Of a stretch of 64,000 bases of DNA, positions 1 through 7,685 are shown one piece after another. The DNA is taken from positions 291-64,290 of the forward strand of contig CAZVPE010000006.1 in NCBI GenBank assembly GCA_964628155.1, written 5' to 3'. A program made the position numbers and the translations under genes. A model generated the notes under the pieces. It had not been told where the DNA came from. It saw nothing but the letters and a program-made list of their open reading frames with translations, and made no database searches. Origin of the DNA: an uncultured Polyangiaceae bacterium. GTDB taxonomy: Bacteria > Myxococcota_A > Polyangia > Polyangiales > Polyangiaceae. The stretch's first letter is position 1; each line of letters begins with the position of its first letter.

Positions 1-1471
1 CGTCTTCCGCGTGGGCGCATTCGAGAAGCGGAAGTGCGACGGCTGTATCCTCCGGGTACCGATCGCTGTCGACGAAGACGACGGGCGCGCCCGGGGGCGG
101 CGTCCGGCGTCCGACGAAGTCGAACTCCGTGCGCCTTGGGCTCGCGCAGTAGACCGCAGGCGAATCGTCGAGAGCGGCCTGCAAGTGCCCGCAGAGTACG
201 TTGTGCCCTCCGGCGACGACGGTGCCCGGCCCGAGCATCGCCGTGTGCGCACGGACCGCGGCGCTCACGCGGTCCCAGCCGATCGTCTCGTTGATCGGGT
301 CCGCGTCGGGATTGTACGAAGGCAGCGCCTTGGCCAGCACCGGGGAACGCAGGTGCACGGCGTAGAGCCCCAGCGCGCCGGCGCTGACCGCGAGCGCCGC
401 CACGAACGCCGCGCGGGTGAACCGGCGCAGCGCTCCGGAGCTCTCGTCCAGCAGTCCACCGGCGCCGACGACCAGCGGTAGATAGCCCATCATTGTCCAG
501 TGCGGCTCGGAGTCGCCCGCACGCACCATCATGACCAGCAGGAACGCGAGCACGGGCAGGCTCGCCGTCAACAAGAATCGATAGCGATCGTCACGGCTCG
601 ATCTCCAGGCCGCGTATCCGAGAATCCCGAGCAATGCCGGCAAGACGAGCGGCTGGAAATTGACCAATTGGCCACTCCCCACGCGCCAGAGCGCACTGGC
701 CAGCGTCTCGCCGGCCGAGTGGCCCATGCGCTCGGAGAGGTGCAGGTGGACCGAGGGCCAGTCGTGGAGCGCGTTCCAGGCGATGACGGGCGAGGCGATC
801 GCCACCGCCGCCAAGCCCGCCCCGTAGAAAGACGGCCGCCGCAGCCACCGGCGCGTATCGGGCGATCCCGCGACGTAAAGGAGGGCGACCGGCACCGCCA
901 GGATTGCAGTGTACTTCGCCAGAAAGGCGACGCCGACCACCGCGCCGATCGCCAGCGGCCTCCAAGGCTGGTCGTGATCGCGAAGGTCGAGCAAGAAGAG
1001 GAGGAACAAGGCCCGGAGGGGCGCGAGAAGGCCCTCGGGGTTGAGCAGGAACCCCGTGAAGAAGAACACGGGGATGGCCGTGAGAGTCGCGACTGCAAAG
1101 AACCCGGCGCGCGGAGAGAACAGGCGTGACGCCAGTCGATAGACGAGAGCGTCGAAGACCACCGCGTAGAGGACGGGCCCCAACCGGACGGCCCATGGAG
1201 CGCTCGACAGATGCCTCACGAGCCACGTGGTCCACGCGACCAGCGGGGGATGGTCGTAGTAGCTGAGAGACGGCACGCGGGCCCATTGCGCGTAGTATGC
1301 TTCGGTGTCCGACAGTCCTGTCGTCATCGCGACAATCCAGCGAAGGACCGTCACGGCGAGGATGAGAAGAGCCGTCCGCTCGGACCACGTCGCCGGAAGG
1401 ACCCGAATCGAACGGCCAGCGCCGGCAAGTGCGCGGGGCTCGAGACTCGGGTACTTGGTCGTGTCCTTCAT
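1..1471 (-). CDS. GT-C membrane glycosyltransferase, family 39 (ArnT/PMT-like); C-terminus lies beyond the left window edge
   Basis: Absent from the ORF track because it runs off the edge. My translation from ATG at 1471 gives an unbroken 490-codon frame (MKDTTKYPSLEPR...GLSDTEAYYAQWARVPSLSYYDHPPLVAW...FLAKYTAILAVPVALLY...). It has many hydrophobic helices, the D-x-E-x-YY first-loop motif of ArnT/PMT enzymes and high GC3. Confidence 0.7.
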   Translation of the reverse strand, partial: MKDTTKYPSLEPRALAGAGRSIRVLPATWSERTALLILAVTVLRWIVAMTTGLSDTEAYYAQWARVPSLSYYDHPPLVAWTTWLVRHLSSAPWAVRLGPVLYAVVFDALVYRLASRLFSPRAGFFAVATLTAIPVFFFTGFLLNPEGLLAPLRALFLLFLLDLRDHDQPWRPLAIGAVVGVAFLAKYTAILAVPVALLYVAGSPDTRRWLRRPSFYGAGLAAVAIASPVIAWNALHDWPSVHLHLSERMGHSAGETLASALWRVGSGQLVNFQPLVLPALLGILGYAAWRSSRDDRYRFLLTASLPVLAFLLVMMVRAGDSEPHWTMMGYLPLVVGAGGLLDESSGALRRFTRAAFVAALAVSAGALGLYAVHLRSPVLAKALPSYNPDADPINETIGWDRVSAAVRAHTAMLGPGTVVAGGHNVLCGHLQAALDDSPAVYCASPRRTEFDFVGRRTPPPGAPVVFVDSDRYPEDTAVALPLLECAHAED

Positions 1472-1719
1472 CGCGATGTTCATGGAAAATGCTCCGAAAC
1501 CGCCACGCCTCGCGGGCGCACGCCTTCCGCGTCCGCACCGGCGATAGCGCCCGAATGGGCATTTCGCGGCAGCCAATGGCTACGATGCGCGCCTTCATGC
1601 GATCGTCTCACCCGTTCACGTTTGGTTTGCGACGAACGCGCTGTCCTGCGGCGGAACCGGCACGCGGTTGTGTTGGCGACTTCAGAACCGTCCGACCCGC
1701 GCGAACATCCAACGGGCAG

Positions 1720-2013
1720 ATGACCTCCGCTGCCGAATGCCGGGCCGAGCCCGGAGCCTTCGCGCCCGTCGTGGACCGCGGGAAATGCGAAGGAAAGGCC
1801 GATTGCGCCGCCGTCTGCCCCTTCCACGTGTTCGAAGTTCGCCGCATCGACGACGGCGACTTCGCCAAACTGGGCATGCTGGCAAAGCTCAAGAGCATCG
1901 CCCACGGCCGAAAGACCGCCTACACGCCTCTCGCCTCTTTGTGTCAGGCCTGCGGGAAATGCGTCGAGGCGTGCCCGGAGAAAGCGATCAAGCTCGCGCG
2001 CGTCGGTTCGTGA
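1720..2013 (+). CDS. 4Fe-4S ferredoxin-type small protein
   Basis: C-terminal 97 aa of ORF 1429..2013, starting at ATG 1720. It has a canonical CQACGKCVEACP cluster plus a variant CEGKADCAAVCP cluster. Confidence 0.7.
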   Translation: MTSAAECRAEPGAFAPVVDRGKCEGKADCAAVCPFHVFEVRRIDDGDFAKLGMLAKLKSIAHGRKTAYTPLASLCQACGKCVEACPEKAIKLARVGS

Positions 2014-2034
2014 CCGAGGCCGCTCCCCGCGCCT

Positions 2035-2958
2035 TCACGGCGGAAGAATGGTGACGGGGACGCGGGCCTCGTTGTTCTCGTAGTTGGACTCCGGCAAATA
2101 ATCCTGACTATTGATGATGACCGAGAGGATGTACGAGCCGGCTGGAACTCCCGTGATGTCGACCCATTGGCAATCGATGTCGTTTGGATAAATATCTTCG
2201 AACCCGACGTGAAGTCCCTGGTTCGTGCACGTAAAGGGTGTGTCGGGGGGCGCGGGGGGCGGATCGAGGGACGGGATGGGCTCCACGTCTTCCAGGCAAA
2301 AGCCCTGCTTGTGACCCACCGCCGCGACCGTGGTCCCGTCGGGTTGGTATAGCGTGTACTTGCCCACTCCCTTGAAGTGGTAGTGCTGGTGGCACGCGGA
2401 CCACTGAAAGCACGCGTTGGCGGTGGGGTCGCCCACGACGACGTCCGCGGTTCCGACGTTTTGTGTCCCGGTGTCGAAATGAAGCAGTCGGCGTGTGCCC
2501 GGCGTGAGAATGCATCCCTCGACCATCGCGCAGTCGGTCGCCGCGAACGTCCGCGTGTCGACGAGGATCGACGCCAAGAGATCGTCGCGGTCTACGGTCA
2601 AGTCCGCGCACGGCGAGTCCGGCGGGCAAGCGGAAAAGCCGCATACTTGCGGCCCGGTCGGCGACTCGTCCGGCGGCACGCCGGAATCGGGAGCAGCGTC
2701 TGGGGCCACGGCGGTCACCCCCGTGACGGTGGTCGCGTCCGGCGTAGGCCCCGAGCCCGCGGCGTCTTGGTTCGGCGCGAGCGACCCGTCGGCCGCGTCG
2801 GGAGCCGGGGGCGCCGCTCCGTCCACGACGCGAACGACGGCGTACACGTGGGACGCTTCCGGCGACGAACACGCGACCGCCGCGCTCACCGCAACGGCAC
2901 GGATTCCGATTCGAGCGATCGCGACGGAGAGCGCTCTGGATGCGCGGTCTCGATTCAT
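2035..2958 (-). CDS. Lysyl oxidase-like copper amine oxidase, lipoprotein
   Basis: WSACHQHYHF (Cu-binding His triad), GHKQGFCLED (LTQ Lys), EDIYPNDIDCQWVDITGVPAGSY (LTQ Tyr) and NSQDYLPESNYENN are near-colinear with the animal LOX catalytic domain. The N-terminus has lipobox AVAC. Confidence 0.85.
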   Translation of the reverse strand: MNRDRASRALSVAIARIGIRAVAVSAAVACSSPEASHVYAVVRVVDGAAPPAPDAADGSLAPNQDAAGSGPTPDATTVTGVTAVAPDAAPDSGVPPDESPTGPQVCGFSACPPDSPCADLTVDRDDLLASILVDTRTFAATDCAMVEGCILTPGTRRLLHFDTGTQNVGTADVVVGDPTANACFQWSACHQHYHFKGVGKYTLYQPDGTTVAAVGHKQGFCLEDVEPIPSLDPPPAPPDTPFTCTNQGLHVGFEDIYPNDIDCQWVDITGVPAGSYILSVIINSQDYLPESNYENNEARVPVTILPP

Positions 2959-3215
2959 GTCGCACCCACCTGCAACGCCCGAACCTCGAGCTACGGATCA
3001 CGAGTTTCCGCTTGCACGTTCCAATCGCAGACTCGGCATTGCGTGCGATCGTGTCGAGAGGTCGCAAGCTGGACCGCACGTTCCTTCATCGTTCGTGACG
3101 TTGCTTGCCAATCGCAATTTGCGACTCCACGTTGGCACCCATGACGCAGTTCCGTCGCGAAACTCCCAAGCATTCGAAGACAACCGCAAAGCTGTCTCGC
3201 CGTGCTTTGCGTGCA

Positions 3216-4253
3216 ATGGCCACTTGTCCTCGCTCGGTGGTACTGGGGTGTGCGCTCGCGGCGTGTGGCGGCTCGAGCGGCGCAGCCGTGACATCGGGGG
3301 TCGTCGATCTCGACGCCTCGGCGGCCGATGCCTACAAGGCCGGGAGCGCGGCGGACGCCGCGGGTCCGACCGTCGAGAGCGACAGCGGCGGGCACATCGA
3401 CGCGGGAGACGCGGTCGCGAACGGTGGATTCATCGTTCCAGGAGCGGACGCTTCGTCGACGCCGAACGCGACGCAGGCTTTGGTTCGCTTCGCAGATTGG
3501 GCGCCGGATGCGCCGTCGGCAGGGGTCGATTTCTGCCTCGCCCCGACGGGTACGACGGAGTGGACGGGCCCCCTCTTGCAGCAGGACCTGCCGGCGGGAT
3601 CGCTCGGACAGGGAGGGCCCAACGGTCTCGAGTTTCCCACCGTCACCGCGTACCTCGCGATTGCGCCCGGAGATTACGATTTGCAGGTCGTGGAGACCGG
3701 CAGCGCGGATTGTACGGTCGGCATCCTTCCCGCCACGATGGGCCTCCCCTCGTTGGCAGCCGGCGCCCATACGACGTTTGCCCTCATGGGAGATGTCCAG
3801 CCCACGGGCGATGACGCGAGCCTGAAGGTCGGCGCGTTCTCGGACGACTCGGCCGCACCGGCCGGCACAACGGTCCTGCGGGTCATCAACGCCGTTCCGT
3901 CGCTCGCGTACATCGATGTCGGTTCGGGCAGTGTGGCGGCCGACAATCTCGCCCCGATTTTCGCAGACGTGCCCTTCGGGAGCGCGAGCGCCACGCTGCT
4001 CGACGGCGGGTCTGCCGACCCGAACGGGTACACTGCGTTCCCGCCGACGCCCGACGTCCAATTCAGCGCGCAGGCGAGCGGAACGGGCTCCGACAGCGCG
4101 ACGGCGACGCACGTGGTCGTCGGCGCGGGGGCGGTGACCACGCTGACGCTCATCAACGGTCAAAACGGCGGCAGGCCGCCCCAGTTTCTCGTGTGCTCGG
4201 ACAGCGGTCTTGGGCTCGGGCCGATGTCGCCGTGCAAAGTCTTTCCGCAGTGA
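3216..4253 (+). CDS. DUF4397-type secreted lipoprotein
   Basis: Lipoprotein signal MATCPRSVVLGCALAACGG. Repeated motifs LVRFADWAPDAPSAGVDF and LRVINAVPSLAYIDVG match the RxxHxxPDAPxVDV pattern of DUF4397. The start could also be 3105 or 3141. Confidence 0.65.
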   Translation: MATCPRSVVLGCALAACGGSSGAAVTSGVVDLDASAADAYKAGSAADAAGPTVESDSGGHIDAGDAVANGGFIVPGADASSTPNATQALVRFADWAPDAPSAGVDFCLAPTGTTEWTGPLLQQDLPAGSLGQGGPNGLEFPTVTAYLAIAPGDYDLQVVETGSADCTVGILPATMGLPSLAAGAHTTFALMGDVQPTGDDASLKVGAFSDDSAAPAGTTVLRVINAVPSLAYIDVGSGSVAADNLAPIFADVPFGSASATLLDGGSADPNGYTAFPPTPDVQFSAQASGTGSDSATATHVVVGAGAVTTLTLINGQNGGRPPQFLVCSDSGLGLGPMSPCKVFPQ

Positions 4254-4260
4254 GGCGGGG

Positions 4261-4809
4261 TCAGCGCGCCACGGGATACTTCGACAGCTTGCGCTGAAGG
4301 CTGCGCCTGTGGATTCCCAGCAGCCGGGCCGCCTGGGAGACGTTGCCGTGGCAGTCGGTGAGCACGCGATGAATGTGCTCCCACTCGGTCCGAGCCAGCG
4401 ACGCGACCTCGTGCTCGATCGTCATCGGGTCTTCGGGTCGCTTGGTCGCGCGCCCGAACGCCGCGAGAATCTCGTCGACGTCGGCAGGCTTGGTCAGGTA
4501 GTGGGTTGCACCGAGACGAACGGCCTCGAGCGCGGTCGCGATGCTGCCGTAGCCCGTCAGGATGACCACGTTGGTCGTCGCATCGATCGTCTTGAGCTCG
4601 AGCACCAGTTCTAGGCCGCTTCGACCCGGCATGCGAAGGTCGACGACCGCCAGCTCCGGACTGTCGTGTGCGGCGCTCGCCACCGCTTCGTCGACGGTCG
4701 ACGCCCCGCGAACGTCGAAGCCGCGAGCCTCGAACGCCCGCATCAAGCGCGTTCGAAATGTGGCGTCGTCGTCGACGACGAGAATGCTACGCGGGGCGCT
4801 CGCCGCCAC
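4261..4809 (-). CDS. regA: RegA/PrrA/ActR-family response regulator (receiver + Fis-type HTH)
   Basis: Receiver motifs LVVDDD and VVDLRMPG. The C-terminal HTH NVSQAARLLGIHRRSLQRKL closely resembles the invariant RegA HTH. The gene abuts the kinase stop. Confidence 0.85.
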   Translation of the reverse strand: MAASAPRSILVVDDDATFRTRLMRAFEARGFDVRGASTVDEAVASAAHDSPELAVVDLRMPGRSGLELVLELKTIDATTNVVILTGYGSIATALEAVRLGATHYLTKPADVDEILAAFGRATKRPEDPMTIEHEVASLARTEWEHIHRVLTDCHGNVSQAARLLGIHRRSLQRKLSKYPVAR

Positions 4810-6165
4810 TCATTTCTCCTTGTTCGGGATCTCGAGGACGGCCCGGGTGCCTTTGCCGGCCTCCGAGGTGAGAGTCAAACTCCCTCCGAGCCGGTCGGCG
4901 AACGCCCTCGACAAGAAGACCCCGAGCCCCATCCCCGCGCCAGGCGATTTCGTCGTGAAGAACGGCTCGCCTACGCGCGCAAGCGCCTCGGGCGCGATTC
5001 CGGTCCCGTCGTCGGTGACGACGAACCGCGCCCTCGAAGTCTGCGCGTCGACAGAGAGGACGACCCGCCGCCCGCTGCCCGCGCTTGCTTCGACGGCGTT
5101 CTTCACCAGCGAAGCGACGGCCTGGACCAGACCCCGCCAAGGCACCGTGAGGACCCTGAGGCCGCTCAACTGCACATCCAAGGCTGCCGCGCGGCCGTCG
5201 TCGAACCGGCGGAGAAGCTCCGAGACGATCGTCCCGACCTCGACGGGCTCCGGCACCTCTCCGAGCGCGTCGCCGGCTCGGGCGCCCATCTGCTGGACGA
5301 TGTCGCGGCAGCGATCGACCTCTTGTCGAATGAGCCGAGCATCCTCGCGAAGCGATTCGGCGCTGGCGATCCCCTCGGCGGCGTGTTCAAGCTCCTTCGA
5401 GGCGACGGCGATGGTCGCGAGCGGCGTTCCCAGCTCGTGCGCGGCTCCGGCGGCAAGCGTGCTGAGCGACGCCAGCCGCTCGTGAACCGCGACGAGGCGC
5501 TGCGCTTCCGCAAGCTGCGCGTCGCGCTCTCGCAGCGCGCGCGACACGCGGGTCACGAAATAAGCGATCAGGATCGCCGCGAGTGTGAATGCCGCGAACA
5601 TTCCCTGAAGGTGGACGTTGAAGGCGCTCGTCCCGGCGTGCTGCATGTGCTCCATGCCCCTCAGGGGCACGTTGCCAAAGAAGAGGAAGGCGTACGACGC
5701 GGTCGAGAGGGCGACGATGAGGAGCGCGTAGCGCATCCCGAGGACGAGTGCGGCAAGCGTGATTTGCACGAGAAAGAGCACGCTGAACGGATTGGTCGGA
5801 CCTCCGCTGAAGTAGAGCAGCCCGCACAGAAGCAGGGTGTCACCCGCGAGCACGGCCGCGACGAGCGCCGAAGAGACTACCCTCGGCCGGCGGATCCAGG
5901 AGTGCAGCGCGACGTTGCTCAGCGCGGTCAACGCGATTATCGCGGCGAGCGGCACTACCGGCAGCTCGACGCCGAAGACGAGTGACGCCGTCGTAACCGT
6001 CACGGCTTGGCCGAGCACCGCGCCCCAGCGCAGGTGCCGGATCCAGCCGAGCGTGATCATCGGAATCGACAGAAACGCCGGCGAGTCCACAGGGGCGGCG
6101 CGGTCGGCCGGCGCCGGCTCGACGGTCCGCGGAGCGATCGGAGAGAGGGTGGCGTGCGCCTGCAT
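4810..6165 (-). CDS. regB: RegB/PrrB-family redox-sensing histidine kinase
   Basis: Multi-TM N-terminus containing GGPTNPF (the GGxxNPF quinone-site motif of RegB), H-box HELGTPLATI and HATPase G-boxes DDGTGI and GAGMGLG. The start is taken at MQAHATLS (6165); the upstream part of the ORF looks like noise. Confidence 0.8.
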   Translation of the reverse strand: MQAHATLSPIAPRTVEPAPADRAAPVDSPAFLSIPMITLGWIRHLRWGAVLGQAVTVTTASLVFGVELPVVPLAAIIALTALSNVALHSWIRRPRVVSSALVAAVLAGDTLLLCGLLYFSGGPTNPFSVLFLVQITLAALVLGMRYALLIVALSTASYAFLFFGNVPLRGMEHMQHAGTSAFNVHLQGMFAAFTLAAILIAYFVTRVSRALRERDAQLAEAQRLVAVHERLASLSTLAAGAAHELGTPLATIAVASKELEHAAEGIASAESLREDARLIRQEVDRCRDIVQQMGARAGDALGEVPEPVEVGTIVSELLRRFDDGRAAALDVQLSGLRVLTVPWRGLVQAVASLVKNAVEASAGSGRRVVLSVDAQTSRARFVVTDDGTGIAPEALARVGEPFFTTKSPGAGMGLGVFLSRAFADRLGGSLTLTSEAGKGTRAVLEIPNKEK

Positions 6166-6304
6166 GGGTGGCGTGGAGCGTAGCGAACGGGGCCGGCAAG
6201 CGCCCGCACCGACCTTTCTAGCCATCGGCAGTGGCCCTCCCCCACTGCGTGCGTCGATTTGCCGCATGGAGTCTCGCTCGGAGCCAGGCCATGGTGTGGC
6301 CCGC

Positions 6305-6733
6305 ATGCACCGCTCCTCCGCAATGGCGTTCGCGGCGCTGGCCGGCTGTGGGGCGCCGGCTTCGGCGGCGCCGGCGGGTCCGTCGGAGTTCCCGGCTCAA
6401 CCGGTGATGACTCTGACGAGCGCCTCGGGACAGCTCCAGATCGAGGTTCGCACGGCGCCCCAGCAGCCGCCTTCGCGCGGCGACGGGAGCGTCGAGCTGG
6501 TCATCCGAAACACAACGACCAACGCGCCCGAGAGCGGGCTCTCGATCGACGTCGTACCCTGGATGCCGGCCATGGGTCACGGGGCGTCCATCGTTCCGGC
6601 CGTTGCGTCGCCGTCTCCGGGGACGTACGTCATCACGAACGTCGACCTCTTCATGCCCGGCACGTGGGAGCTGCGGACGACCGTGTCCGGGTCCGTCGCC
6701 GACCATGTCGCACCGTCCTTTCAGATTCCCTAG
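6305..6733 (+). CDS. YtkA/FixH-like small lipoprotein (possible metallochaperone)
   Basis: Tail of ORF 5837..6733. It has signal/lipobox MHRSSAMAFAALAGC, an Ig-like beta-rich body and Met/His patch PWMPAMGHG. It is divergent from regB. Confidence 0.5.
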   Translation: MHRSSAMAFAALAGCGAPASAAPAGPSEFPAQPVMTLTSASGQLQIEVRTAPQQPPSRGDGSVELVIRNTTTNAPESGLSIDVVPWMPAMGHGASIVPAVASPSPGTYVITNVDLFMPGTWELRTTVSGSVADHVAPSFQIP

Positions 6734-7652
6734 ACGATTCGTCGGCTCCGCCGCCGCCCTGGCGCTGCTCGCCGCGACGGCCCAGGCACACGCGCAAGCG
6801 TGCTGCGCGGCCACGGGAGCCGTGACCCCCGGCCGGCTCGCGCTCCACGAGGACGCTCTGGCGGGTCTGCAGGGGAAGGCGAGCTCGGTCCTCGGATCGT
6901 TCGACGCAACCGGGCGAACCCTCGCGTCGCCGCCGGGCGCGTCCGAGATCGATTTCGAGGAGGACCTCTTCGGCGCCGTGCGCTTTCTGCGGCGCGGTCA
7001 GGCCGCGCTCCTCGTGCCGCTCGTCGAGACGCATCGGGCGAGCCAGGGGCTCTCCGAATTCGGCGGCGGCATAGGCGACGTCAACGCGAGCGTGCGCTTC
7101 GATTTCTTTCTTGCGGGGGCCTCGCGGGTCGTACCCGGCGTCGCGATCCTCGCGGGTCTCACGTTCCCGACCGGAAAGCCGCCCGATGCGGCCGGCCTCG
7201 GACCGCTCGCCACCGGCGCGACCGGGATCGGCGCGTGGCAAGGGAACGTCGGTCTCGCGATCGAGCAGGTGTTCGGTCCGTGGCTGGTCAACGCGAGCGC
7301 CTTCGTCGCCCAGCGCCTAGCACGCACGGCGGGCACCGGGCCGGACGCGGTGCACGAACGGCTCGGCGCCCAGTGGACGATGATCGTGGCCGGGGCCTAC
7401 ACGTTTCCGAGCGGGATCGCGCTTGCGCTGAGCGCGTCGTACACGCTCGAAGAAGACGCCACGATCGACGGACACGATACGCCCGGAACGGCACACCGAC
7501 TGCCCGCGCTGTCGCTCTCCGGTGTTCTGCCGGTGGGCGACTCGTGGCGCGTGCAGGCGGCCCTCTTCGACGACCTTCCCATCTCCGGGCTCGGACTCAA
7601 CCAGCCGGCGAACGCGGGGATGCTCGTCACTGTGTTGCGATCCTGGATGTGA
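6705..7652 (+). CDS. Putative outer-membrane beta-barrel protein
   Basis: Signal peptide MSHRPFRFPRRFVGSAAALALLAATAQAHA, alternating amphipathic beta-strand pattern and aromatic C-terminal end (LRSWM). It overlaps the upstream gene by 29 nt. Confidence 0.5.
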   Translation: MSHRPFRFPRRFVGSAAALALLAATAQAHAQACCAATGAVTPGRLALHEDALAGLQGKASSVLGSFDATGRTLASPPGASEIDFEEDLFGAVRFLRRGQAALLVPLVETHRASQGLSEFGGGIGDVNASVRFDFFLAGASRVVPGVAILAGLTFPTGKPPDAAGLGPLATGATGIGAWQGNVGLAIEQVFGPWLVNASAFVAQRLARTAGTGPDAVHERLGAQWTMIVAGAYTFPSGIALALSASYTLEEDATIDGHDTPGTAHRLPALSLSGVLPVGDSWRVQAALFDDLPISGLGLNQPANAGMLVTVLRSWM

Positions 7653-7685
7653 CGGTCACGCTCGCGAGGCGGTCGTCGTTCGCCT

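Noticed and set aside
2495-3814. Long ORFs (100-660 aa) lying antisense to, or out of frame with, the genes I called. Examples are 2108..3079(-), 2495..3814(+), 8085..9074(+), 22981..24522(-), 23325..25262(+), 30341..32323(+), 32701..34143(-), 56818..58797(+) and 62567..63790(+).
   Set aside because: They are typical shadow ORFs of ~70% GC DNA. They have Arg/Pro/Gly/Ala-rich low-complexity translations and no motifs. Each fully overlaps a gene with strong family signatures on the other strand or frame.
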